DNA from: the human T2T-CHM13v2.0 reference genome, Homo sapiens
Assembly: GCF_009914755.1 (NCBI RefSeq)
Contig: NC_060933.1
Length of the DNA: 64,000 nucleotides
Strand: one strand, 5' to 3'
Part shown: piece after piece, positions 45,201 to 58,430 of the stretch
Position numbering within the stretch: position 1 is the stretch's first letter
How the letters are laid out: every line of letters starts with the position of its first letter
Notes under the pieces: generated by a model
What the model was told of the DNA's origin: nothing
Seen by the model: only the letters and a program-made list of their open reading frames with translations
Databases searched by the model: none
Translations under genes and position numbers: made by a program

Positions 45201-48200
45201 TGAGGAGAGAGGGCTCGACCATATGGGAAAGGGAGGAACCACCCATGGGCATGGAAAACAGCCTTCCCTGGAGAGCCTGCGGAAGCAAGGCCTCACCTCT
45301 CCACACAGCCAGGTGTCAGAGCGGGCTGGAGGGCACTCAGAAGGTGGTGTTCGTGGGTGCAGATTTGCACTGAAGGGCCTCACAGCAGGGTGCAGGGAGG
45401 GTGACTGGGGTTCAGGTGGGAGCAGTGTGCACGGGGCAGAGGTCTCATGGAGACCCCAGGGGAGCCAGGGTCAGAGCCACGCCCTCTTGCCCATGTGGCT
45501 CCACACAGAGCCCACAGGAAGCCGTGCTGATACCAAGCCTGAACTCCTTCCCTCCTCACCACTCTGCCTGCGCTGCCCCTCAAGGGCTGGACTTAGTTCA
45601 GGAGACTCAGAGTCTACATCAGAGCTGTGTGTTCAACTCAGTCCGCATCTGTCCATCCCTCCCTCACCCATCCGGCATGGACTCGGAACCTGGCAGGTGC
45701 CAGGCCTCATACCCAGTATCAGCATGCCAGGGGGGCAGGGAGTCTACAACTGAGAATGACCTTCTGCCAAGCTAGGTATCCCAGGGATGGCCCGCGCTGG
45801 CCACCTCTGTTTGGTATCGGTTGCAGCCTTTGCTTCTGAAGGACACAGGATTTACCTTCAGCCTTAAGACTTGGGGCCACTAGGGTGGTAGGTGCAGGGA
45901 GGAGGCCCGAACTCCATGCAAGGAAGAGTCTTCTAAGCATGGTGAGCTCCCCACTACTGGTGGTAGGGAAGCAGAGGGAGGAAGCCATTTCCACCCCCTC
46001 CCCCGGGGAGTGGGAATCCGTGTCCCTCAGCAGCCTCTGCCCACTGAGTTTCATTAATGGGCAATCTGCCAGGCCGCGCCTCGCCCCTGGGGAGCAGGCA
46101 CCAGCCGAGCCGGGGTGATTTCTCCAGCACTGCTCGGAGGCCCCACCCCGCCCCAGACCATCTGTTTGCGCAGCTCCAGGTCGTTTTTCAACACGTCAGC
46201 AGCACGACCGAGAAACGTCTCTGGCTCCGGACCACCCCGCCAGCTCCCGCCGTCAGAGCTCACCCAGAGGATGGTATTTCAGCCCCTTCTCAAAGTCAGC
46301 AGAATATGATTTTACTGATTGGAAGCACTGGGCTTGCCGATTTCCTATGTGAGGAAAAGCATGCATTTTCCCGTCTCTTTCTTAAATGAGTCGTAAAATA
46401 GATCGTGCCTCTAAAAGGGCCACAGAAAGCACTGGCCACAGTGAGCTTCGTGGAATTCGCTGACTGCATAAATCAGGGAGATGAGTTTCAGAGAAGCCTT
46501 GTTCTCCCTTACTGGATATAAAATGGTTGACTTCTAAATTGGGAGAGAAGTCAGCCCAAATTTCCCTGAGGCTGCCAGAGGGCACGAGGACAGAGGTCCT
46601 GAGAGGGGAGATTGGGTTTTCTAAAAGGCACCTGCCAGGGAAGAGGCAAAAGATGCCAACCCCATGCTGGCCCTGAGCCTCGGGGAAGCGCCTTCTTTCT
46701 GCTGGGGAAGCAGGAGAGCCCAGTGCTGGCGTTCCCAAACATCCTCACAGTCACCTTCCAGATACGCCATTTCCAAGGACCACCCGTGCTATTTACTTAA
46801 CAGTTTTAGAAAGAGAATTCCCTCACCCTATTTCGTAGCCGCATTTTAGCAACAGTATCTCTAACCCATGGTTATATATATATATATGGGCAGGCTATAT
46901 TTTTTCTGATACTTCACAATAAATGGTAGTAGATAATTCCTCCAGGTCTCATCCTCTCCTCTCTCTTCCATAGGGTGCCGCAGGGATCCAGGCATCTCCA
47001 TCTGTGAGCCTCCAGGGTCTCTGCAGAAGAGGAAGGCTCCACCCACACTTCCTTGGCTAGAGTCAGTCATGCGGCCACAGCCTAGTGCAAGGGAGGCTGG
47101 GAGGTGTGGTTTCAGGATACCAGTGAAGCAGGAAATGAGAAGAAAAGGGGACCTGTTTCTGACATTATTAAAATAAAAAATGCATCTCTGCATACCTCTC
47201 AGGCCACATCTGGGAAAGGCTGACTTTTCTGAGAGGCCAGCATGCAGTGCTGGGTGACCTTGAGCAGGTGACTTACCCACTCTGAGCTCAAGTCTTTGCC
47301 ACACATATGGAGAGGCTCACTGGAGTTTTCTAGCTGGGAAGATTCGACGCACAGCCCACCTAGCACTTGGCCCAGGGCAGAGCCCGCTGCGGCTCGTTCC
47401 GCCCCCACCCCCACAAACCGTGTTGCAGACACCAAGGGCGTGGCCCTGCCAGGTGCCCTCTCTTAAATCTTCTATAAAAGGAGAGGGCTGGCTGGGTGAC
47501 TGTTTCCAACCCAACATCCACAAAGTGGATAAACGGGCAGACGCGAGTGACTTTCTTAAGTACACAGCCAGCTTGTTGTGGGCCCTGTCTAGGGTGATGG
47601 CATCCCTGGGGGCCACAGGCTGTGGGCCCCATTGCCTTCAAGCCTGCGAGCTGGCTGCCACAGCTCACCCACTGCAGGGGGCACACTGACGGGCTTCAGG
47701 TCCCTCCTCCAGGACACAGGGAGGACAGGGATGGAGTGTTTTTCAGAAGACAGGTCAAGGCTGATGACAGGTCCGGGCTGATGGGGAGCAGCCGTGAAGC
47801 AGGCTGTTTGCATCATCACTGTAGTCTCCACTCTGGAAAACCAAAATCAGGTGACTCGCTGAATTCAAACCGGGGAAGGCTGAGCCAGAGCCAGAACTGG
47901 GGTCTCCCCTCTAGGCCAAGTCTGACTGAGAAGCTGGGAGGCCTGTGGCTGGTGCCCAACAGTTCACTTGGTGGCTGGGGGCTCTCAGCAGCAGCCAGGC
48001 CAGGCCCAAGCCACACAGACTCCCACCTCTGTTTCTGCGGAAAAATAGCAAACACGATTCCTCAGGAGACCAGGGAGAGGTGGGGACGGGGGTGCAGCTC
48101 AGACCAGGACCGGGGCCCTGACAGAGGACCCCAAGCAGAGAGCAGGGCAGTGGTGCCAGGGAGGCAGTCTGGCTAGCCACACCTCTGATACAGGCCGCAG

Positions 48201-48571
48201 AGCTTGGCTGCTCTTGCCTTTGGGAGGGCCTCCACCACGGTTTTGACAGTGCTGATACTGAAACCTGTCGGCTGTTTCTGAGCATCTGGACATATGATGT
48301 AGTGCTTATTGATGGCAGGAGAAGCAGGGAGTGACCATGCATGTTAGCATGTAATTTATTCCACACCCATAATTCTGTTCTGCAGCCAGTGATGACAGGG
48401 AGACTCGCTGCCTCTTATCAGGCAGGGGCACCTTCATGACATCGGCCCCTCCTTGGAGCTGAGGCCGGGTGGGCTTTATTCAAGGACCGCCCCCCCGTGC
48501 TGTTCTCAGGCTGAGCTGAAGCTAGGATGATGGGATCTAGCCGGGTGAGTACTGGCAGAAGCCCCTGTGAC

Positions 48572-48860
48572 TGTGGCAGACAGAAAGATGCCATATCCTC
48601 TTCCCCAGAACCTGTGAATGTTCCTATCTAAAGAGGCTTTGCAGATGAGCTTAAGTTAAGGATTTCATGGAAAAGGGAGATTATTCTGGATCATCTGCAC
48701 AGGCCCTGTGGAAGCTCAAGGGTCCTTATAAAAGGGAGTTAGGAGGCTCAGCGTCAGAGGGAAGACATGAGGACCGGCCAGGGGGTTGGAGGCGAGAAGA
48801 TGCTGCCGGCCTTAAGGAGAGGGAGGAAACGAGGGGAGGGAGCCCATGGCCTCTGACCTC
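48572..48860 (+). mobile_element. MaLR LTR fragment (MLT1D/E-like)
   Basis: cccagaacctgtgaatg...ctttgcagatg..ttaagttaagga...ggagattattctggat...gggtccttataaaaggga. Confidence 0.7.
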
Positions 48861-51029
48861 TGCCTCGAGGCAAGTTAGTCAGAGACCCCTGCCATTCACA
48901 GAAGACAAGAGGCAGCCCCCTGGGCTCCAGCTGCTCTTTGGTGAAGCCTGGCAGGGGTAAGAGAGGCGGTGCCCTGGACACCCTGGAGAACCCACGCTTT
49001 TCAGGCTTGAGCCTGGGGTGGATCCACAGCACGCTGGTGACCTTGTTTTTTAACTTCCAGCCATGGGGATTGAGGCCCCCACTGGGGGCAGGGAGGGAGG
49101 AAGGAACAAGGGGAAGGGATCTGAGGCCATCTGTGACCCTGCCCTGCAGGGAGCCCACAGGAGCAAGGTCTGTGGACAGGGACCCGCCCTGGCCCTGCGG
49201 GGGGCCCTAGAGCTGCCAGAAACCACCGCCAAATCCCTTTTCTAACCCCATGAGCTAATTTCCCGAAGGATTTGGCTAAAAGACACCTAGGGGGTTGTGA
49301 CAAATTTAGACCTCCCATGAAAGTGCTGAGTCACGCTTTGCCTGTTTGGAAAACAGCGAGCTAATTAAGTTACTGTTGGAGGCAGAGGCTGCAGCAGGAG
49401 GAGGCAATGGAAAAATCCTCTGTGATGCTCGGCTCCACTCAGCTCAGAGAAACGTGCATCACCAGGGAGGTGACCCCACGTGCTGGGCTGTCAGCAGCCA
49501 GAGCCTGGCTGGCGGAGCTGTAAGAAGAGGTCTTGGGGAGCCCAGGTACCCCTCGTGGTATAGATCATAGGGTGGCCTCACTGAGACCCAGAGGAGGGAG
49601 GAGCCTGGTCCACACATGGGAAGAAGAGGCAGAATCTGGAGAACTCAGCTGTCCCTATAGTGTGAGTCAAGCCTTCCTTCTATGAAGGGACCCTTAGCAT
49701 CCCCACCCCCACAACTCTACCCCTGCCTCCTTCCTTCACCCAACATCTGGGGAACCTCTCTGAGCCAAGGGATTTGGCTGCATTCAAACAGCAAGTAAGA
49801 CATACATGGTCCCTGTGCTTCAGAGCTTACAGTCTGGCCACGAAGACCCCTTGGGAACAGCCACAGCTGCTGCATGTTAATTTAGGTGGAGGGTGAAACT
49901 GATAACACAGGAATGGAGAATGTGAGCTCAGATGAGGCAGGCAGGGATGGTTAGAGCCCTGATCGGAACAAAGGGAACAGCATTTGACTTTGAAAGAATT
50001 GCTTAACAAAGATCTGCTGACCCCCATTCTGGGAAGAATGACTGCAATGGGTGGGCCTAAGGACAGACCAAACCCATCCTGGCCCCCAAAGAGCTCAAGT
50101 CCAGGGGGACACGAGTCCTGTTCAGATGAGAAATAAATGGGATGAGACAGGGAGACCAAGCCAGCCTCCCCAGCTCCTGTGCTGCATCAAGTCCTCTGCC
50201 CTCCAGGTCTCACCCCCTACTCCATCCTACCAGCCTGGGACCCCGAGGCTCCGAGAAGTGAGTGGGTCCACCCAGACCCCACCTCTTGGCCCTGCTCCTG
50301 CAGGTTCTCTCAGCCCCTTTTGAGAGCGGACGCTTGGGTTACCAACCACGAGTGGAGGGGCCCACAGCAACACCATGGTGACTTGGGACCCTGAGAGCCC
50401 CTCTGTGCCTGGAAACCGCTCCCTCCACAGCTGACCTGACATGAAGCAGTTGTGGGGTCTGATCTTCACCACGGAGGGGTGTAGGGTGGAGCTGACTGTT
50501 AATGTAAGTCCTTGAGAGGCTGGGCTGGATCTGGAGCCCAGAATTTTACCAGGCCTCATGCCAGTGATGGGGTTCAGGCAGGAAGACATGCCCACCTCAA
50601 ATACTTCTCCTTGGTGAAGTCTGAAGCCCCTTCTTGGGGGACAGAACATCTTATTCAGTTTTGGGGTGGGAGAGTCACCCTAGGACTTATGTTGACATTG
50701 CAGGTGTGTGCAATGTCATGTGTATGGAACCCTTTCCTGAGGATGAGTTTGCATGGAAGAGGCAGGCGGGACCCCAAAGCAGCTGCGTACACAGACCACC
50801 CACCTCCCTTGCCCCAAGAATACCCAGGTTCATTCCCTCCACACTGTCCTTCCCAGACTCCAACCATTCTCAGCCTGAACACCTTGCTCTAAACACCAGG
50901 CCTTGGTGCAGGCTATTCCCTCTGCTGGGAGAGCTTTCTCCACTTCAGGTTGCCCGACTCAGAAGCAAGATCACATCCACGGAGACACTCTCTCTGTGAA
51001 GACTAGACTTCCTGTGGGCAGCCCAGGGG

Positions 51030-51360
51030 TGGTTTGGCAGTTCAGCTACCAGGACAAAGAGCCTTCCAGCATCTGCTCTGCCATCCCTAGATGTGGCTTT
51101 TGTCTTCATGGCCCAGGATGGCAGCTGAAGCTCAAGCCACCACATCTCTGTTCCAGGAAGGATGGGGCAAAGAAGAAAAGAGTCGCAGTGTATTCACAAA
51201 TTGCCTTTTAGGGATGGTATCCAGGGGCTGTCATATGACACTTCTGCATATCCTATTTGTCAATACTGAGTCACATGACTACCTACTGCTGCAAGGGAGG
51301 CTGGGAAATGTAGTCTTTATACTGGGTGGTCATGAGGCCAGCCAAAAACCCTGGATTTTC
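51030..51360. mobile_element. Old MaLR LTR fragment (MLT1J/K-like); similar piece near 47030-47115
   Basis: gagtcacatgactacctactgctgcaagggaggctgggaaatgtagtcttt. Confidence 0.55.
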
Positions 51361-52792
51361 TAACTGGGGAAAAAGAGGAGGAGGTGAACAGCTGTCTACT
51401 CCAGCCTTCCCACACCCTGTCATATTTGGTCAGCATCCCTGTCACATGGTCAGACAGAGCTCACACCAGACTTGAGCGGGGCCCAGCCAGTGGGCAGATA
51501 GAGCCTGGAACCAGGCAGGGAAAGGAGGGAGGCATCACACACATGCCAGTCCCACCCAGTCCCCTCCATGCTTCTGGGCTTTTCAGTAAATTATCCTTTT
51601 GTCTCAGAAAGCTTTAGAAGCCTCCTGGCAATTCCAGCTGGAGTTTTGAGTTGTTAGGGGTGGAGAGATGGTACAAGACATGAGCTGCCATTGCTGCTTT
51701 GGAGCAGAACCAAATGTAAACATGTGAGCTGCATGCAGCCACGCCCCCCCACCCGCTCCCATGGGTGCCATTCACCCAGCACTGCAGGGGAAAGGAAGGG
51801 GGCATGTGGGGAGATCTGTCTCCTCCTCAAGATCTGCTTGTCTCAGGAACAGATGAGCACAGCATACGACACTTCTCAGAAGCCGGTGTCAGCCATGAGG
51901 CTGGGGCCTCTGGACAATGAAAGGACCTTCCATCTATTATTCTGCGTGTCCCCGCCTCCCTGGTGGCATCTCCAAAAAAGGAGCAGCTTATTGCTGTTTG
52001 ATGGGGGACACGGAGGCACTTGAGTGCTGCGAGGGACAGGCAGTTCTCTCCCTGGGTGCCTCTCCACCTGCACTGGGCCATGCCCTCCCCTCACTCCCAC
52101 ACAGCACCACACGGCACCACATGCTCTGTCCTGCCTGGGGACCTCTCCACCAACTCAGCACCCACTGGGTTTCATCTTGTCACCGGCCTCTTCAGGCAGC
52201 AGTCCAGGCCTTCTGGGCCCCACCCTACACTGTGGTTGCTTCCTCAGGTTGCCCCAGCCTGGGCTGCTCTCCCCTGCAGCTCCCTCTCTGCACACAGGTG
52301 TGCATTGCCTCTTCTCCCATCTTTGCTCGGGCTGGTGCCCCTGCTCAGAATGCCCTTCTCTGCCCTGGCTTCTCTGTGGATCCTCATCTTACCCACCATC
52401 CAGGCTCAGCCAGAGCTGGCTCAGTAATTCACATTTCTTATGCACTGGGTCCTGGCTGGGGGTCAGAAAGACTGGTGCTGGTGAAGGGGGTCCTGAGATG
52501 AAGAGAACATGGCCTCTGGCTTCTAGGAGCCCCCATTCTGCAGGATGAAAATAGATAAGTGACCAATGGGTTCTGGACCAGAGACCAAGGTACCCAGGGA
52601 AGCAACCGTGCCCTGCTAGGCACCCCATGGTCCCGAAACACTCTCTTCTCACTTGCAATTATTTCATCTCTATTATCTGTCTCCACCAATGGAATCTAGC
52701 TCCATGAGAGCAGGGCCAGCTCTGTCCTGTTCACTGATATAGCCCCAACACTCATGATACCATCTACTCAGAAGACAAAAACATTTGTTCAC

Positions 52793-53570
52793 AGGATGTA
52801 TGGATGGATGGATGGCTGATGGATGGATGAAAGGATAAGCGGATGGATGGATGGATGATGGGTAAATATATGGATGGATAGATGAATGGATGGATGGATG
52901 AGTGGATGGATGAATGGATGATGGATGGATGGATGGATGGATGATGGATAGGAGATAGATGGATGAATGGATGATGGATGGATAGGTGAATAGATGAGTG
53001 GATGGATGAATGATGGTTGATGAATGGACAGATGATGGATGGATAGATGAGGGATGGGTGAATGGATGATGGGTGATGGATGGATAGATGGATGAATGGG
53101 TGATGGATGGAAGATAGATGGATGAATGGATGATGGATGATGGATGGATACATGAACAGATGGATAGATGATAGACGTGTAGATGAGGGATGGATGAATG
53201 ATGGATGATGAATGGATGAATGAATGATGGATGGATAGATGAATGGATGGATGAGTGGACAGATGGATGATGGATGAATGGATGATAGACGGATGATGGA
53301 CGGATAGATGAATAGATGGATGGATGAGTGGATGGATGGATGGATAGATGATGGATGGCTGGATGGGTGATGAATGGATGATAGATGGATGGATGAATAG
53401 ATGGATGGATTAGTGGATGGATGGATGGATAGATGATGGATGGATGGATGGATAGATGAATAGATGGATGGATTAGTGGATGGATGGATGGATAGATGAT
53501 GGATGGATGGATGGATGGGTGATGAATGGATGATGGATGGATGGATGATGGATAGATGGATGATGGAATG
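52793..53570 (+). repeat. (GGAT/GAT/GAAT)n complex microsatellite, about 780 bp
   Basis: Continuous ggatggatgatggat... run. Confidence 0.97.
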
Positions 53571-53820
53571 GGGCTGAGTCATCCAGTGGCATCCTATCCA
53601 TTCAGCCTCACTGACCACTCAGTGGAGACACTTACTCCTAGCTCCCTCCCCATCCCCTGTGGCATTCTTCTCCATGGGGCTCATCACCACCTGGCACAGA
53701 TTCTAGATGTTTACTTATGTACTTGTTCACTGTCCATCTGCCTCCCCCAATCTGAGGCTTGTCTGCTGTGTTTGTTGATGTATCTTTAGGGCCTAAGAAA
53801 GAGCCTCCAACATTTAGTAA

Positions 53821-54320
53821 TGAGTTAGGAGGCAGGACTCAACTCTGGACCACATTGGAGGCTAGCTGAAACAGGGAAGAGGCACCAAAAGCACCTTTCC
53901 ATAACATGCCCATCATTGTCATGGCAACACCTGAAAGTTACCACCCCTTTCCATGGCAATGACCTGGAAATTACTGCCCCTTTTCTAGAAATTGATGAAT
54001 AGCCCATCCATCCACATTCATCCATCATCTGTCCATCCATCCACTCATCCACTCATCCATTCATCCATTCATCTGTCTATCCAGATTTGCATATAGTTAA
54101 AAATGAGTATAAACATGACTGCAGAACTGCCTTCAGCCGCTCTCAGCACGTTGCCTGTGGGGTAGCCGTGCTCTGCAGGAGCAGTCATGGAACTGCAACA
54201 CTGCTGCCTCAATAAAGTCGCTTCCTTCTACCACCGACTGCCTCCTGAATTCTTTCCTGAGCAAAGCCAAGATCCTTCCCAGGCTAAGCCCCAATTGCGG
54301 GGCTTGCCTGCCCTGAGGCA
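53821..54320 (+). mobile_element. ERV1-class LTR (MER4-group-like; subfamily unassigned) with internal (CCAT)n block
   Basis: catggcaac motifs, ATTTGCAT octamer, TATAAA at about 54108, AATAAA at 54211, ending ccaagatccttcccaggctaagccccaa...ctgccctg; no clear TSD. Confidence 0.7.
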
Positions 54321-54479
54321 GGAGAAATAAAACAAACTTTTGTTGTATGTAAGAATTGATGAGTGAGCTAATGAAAGAACACACACACAAGACTCTTCTC
54401 CCAAATAGAGACCAGGATTGATGCCTGGCTTCCACTGAATGTCACCTTAGGGGAAAAGCCTTCCAGAACCAAGACCAAA

Positions 54480-54690
54480 ATAGCATCGGCCTCTGTCTCT
54501 GTCCACTTCCCTTACTTTAGCTTCCACACAGTGCATTTCACCATCAGCCATGTTACCTACTCATTGTTTCCCATCTTTACTCACTCAGCTTTAAGCTCTG
54601 AGAAAGGGACTTTGTTTTGTTCTCTGCCAAATCCCCAGAGTCTAAAACAGGTCCTGGCACATGATAGAAGCTCTAGCAATATTTGTGGCA
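54480..54690. mobile_element. LINE-2 3' fragment
   Basis: agctctgagaaagggactttgttttgttc...cctggcacatgatagaagctc..aatatttgt; similar pieces at about 52655-52790 and 53680-53815. Confidence 0.5.
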
Positions 54691-54799
54691 GGAGAAAGTG
54701 TTGTCAAAGCTGGAGTGTGCAGGAGGACTAGGGGTTCCCCCAGCAGCCCCAGTCGGAGCCTCCAAGCCTCTCTGGGGCCCTTCTCTTGGAAGCAGCTCG

Positions 54800-55770
<971 letters not shown>

Positions 55771-58064
55771 GCCAGCTCCCCTGCTCCCTCCTTTTCTGCC
55801 CTCCCACGTCACACTCAGTCCTGCTGATTTGGCTGATACAAAATTACCCTCAAGTCACAACATGGACATTCCCTCTGCCCCTCAAGCGGGGTCTCCAGGC
55901 TCCGTCCTGCTTCCTAGGGTCCCCCCAGGTCTGGCAGACACGGGTGCCCAGAGAGCACCAGGTCATTTCACAAACTGGCTGGAGTATGATACGGATGTTT
56001 CCGCCTCCACCAAATCCACACTCAGGCACCTCCAAAAGTCTCTTTTATTCAGCAAAGGAGAGGATTCCTGTCTGGGTCATCAAGAAGGAAATCCAGAAAG
56101 ACTTGAAGCCCAGGAAGGAGGAGGAAGCACGTACCCCTTCCACTCCATGTGGGCACAGGAGAGCTGGCCTGTCAGTCAGGACAACAGAAAACGGCTCATT
56201 CCCTGTCCCCCAGGATCCCCACGAGCCCTGCCCACCGCTGGGAGCCCTGGGGTGAGCCGTGCTTGTGTTTATTTTGGAAACTGTGAATCTTTGTGTTTCC
56301 CTGGAAAGCCCCGGCCCATGTCTCGTCAGCACCCTCTAAGCTTGCCAAGGTCAGACACGGGAAGGCTGCCCTCCCCGGCTCCCCATGGTGGCAGCCAAAA
56401 TGCGTCTGCAGGAGACAGCTGTGCGGGGGGCCTCAGAACAAGATCAGCAGGCGTAGGGCACGCCCCTGGGGGAGTCTGACCCAAGGCTGATGCTGTTTCT
56501 TTTGTCTGGAGGAAGGAGGGTTGCTAAGGCCTGGAGGGCTGACGGTGTAGCGCATCCTCGCCTTCTGCCTGGATGGAAAAGTCAGATCCCCTGATTCCAA
56601 CCAGGGCCCAGAGGCGGGCCCCAGAGACACTGAGCCAGGATGGCAGGGAAGGGAGGGAAGGCCACTGAGGGCTCACCTCCTGGGCCTTTCTTTCTGGCAA
56701 CCTGCTGGCATGGCTCCAAACCACAGGCGGCTCTGTGGAGGCTCCACCCTCGCTGGAGCCGACCCTGGGGACAGTGCTGCTCTTCCAGGCTGAGTTGTCC
56801 TCCACACCCACCTCCAGCCCTTCCCCTGTTTCCCTTGTATCTGGGGAGAAAATCTGGAAACAGAGGGACCCCACATCTACTGATCACCTGCTCCAGCCAG
56901 GTCTTTCCAGGCATGCGGCCACAGACACCCCCGCCTTGCCTCACTCCAGGCTCAGCTCCCCACTTGACGTCATGTCCACTCGGCGTGTCGAGGACGGATC
57001 CCAAGGTCTCACACCAACACCCCACGCCTTCCCGCTCACTACGCACTGGCCACCACATTTTTGTAGCTGCTCAGACCACAGCCCAGGAAGGGCTGTTGAC
57101 TCCTCTCCCTCACCCAACACCTACCCCAGCAGGAATCAGTGCTGACTCAACTCCCAAAGTGCACTGTGGATCCGCCTGGATCCCTCCACCTCCTAATGAA
57201 GGTTCATTCCACCCTCATCTAAATTACCACCATCTCCCCACCCAAAGCCAACGCCTCCCCATGGGTCTCCCTCCCACCAAGCCCATCATTCATTCTCCAC
57301 AGTCCACAATCACACACCACGACCACCCTTTCCTGCTTCCCCGGAGCCTGGACACCCTGGCAGCCAACAGTGCACCCGCCCTTCTGAGCACCCTGGACCA
57401 GGACACAGCCCTGCCCAGGTTTTTAGCCAAAGATCCTCTCCCTGGAATGCCCTCCCCAGACCTCTGAGGGGTGAAGTCCTCCTTGTCATTCAGATGGCAG
57501 TCTAATGTCCCCTCCCTGGAGACTGCATCACTGACCCCACTCTCCCAGGCCTCTTTCCCACTCTGCCCTGCTCAGTTCTCTACACAGCATTTGTTCCTGG
57601 CTGGGGTTGCTGTGTTCATGTATTGGTTCCCTCGCACCCTCCCATTGGAAGGTTCACTTTACCAGGGAGCGTCTCCTCTCTGTTGGTGCCCAGACCATCT
57701 GGCCTGCCATTGGCCCTTGGTCAACTGGTGATATCGTTGAGCATTCCCCAAGATGGTACCACTGGGAGATGGCAGGGCTGTGGACCCCGAGACTCCATAT
57801 ACTTTCCATAGCCCGTGGCAAGCAGGCCTTTCTTTCCTCTGCCTCCTAGGATTCCTCCTGGGCTTTGATTGCATCTTGGTGCTTCCAGGCCAGCACCTTC
57901 AATCTATAGCGAGCAGAGACGCTAGAAAATGTACCCAAAGACGTAACACAAAGTGTGCCTCTCAGACTCTCCCTGAGCTCTGGGCAGCCCCCTTCCTCCT
58001 CACTGCAGATGACCTCCAGGGTTCAGGGGATCTCCTGAGAGGCCCCTGAAATTTTGTGTATGAG

Positions 58065-58430
58065 TGTGTGTTAGTTTCTTGCAGCTGTCATAACCAATTA
58101 TCACACACTTGCTGGTTTTAAAAAACTGAAATTGATTCCCACAGTTCTGGAGGCCACAGGGATCTGAACTCCAGCTGTGATCTGGGCCGTGCTCACTCTG
58201 GAGGCTCTAGGGGAGGGTCCTCTCTGCCCCCTCCAGCTCCTGGTGGTTCCTTGGCTGTGGCTGCATCGCTCCAGCCTCTGCCTCACGTGGGCTCTTCTCT
58301 TCTGTCTTCTCTCCTCTTTTATGAGGGCATTCGTCGTTAGATTCTGGTACCACCTAATCGAGGATGATCTCACCTCTAGATCTATAACTTAATTACACCT
58401 GCAAAGACTCTTTCTCAGCAAGGTTATTGA
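58065..58430 (-). mobile_element. MaLR LTR (MLT1-type)
   Basis: tgtgttagttt...cacagttctggaggcc...ttccttggctgtggctgcatcgctccagcctctgcctc...ttaattacacctgcaaagac. Confidence 0.75.

Noticed and set aside
52764-53618. 284-aa His/Pro/Ser/Ile ORF
   Set aside because: Translation of the (CCAT)n strand of a microsatellite.
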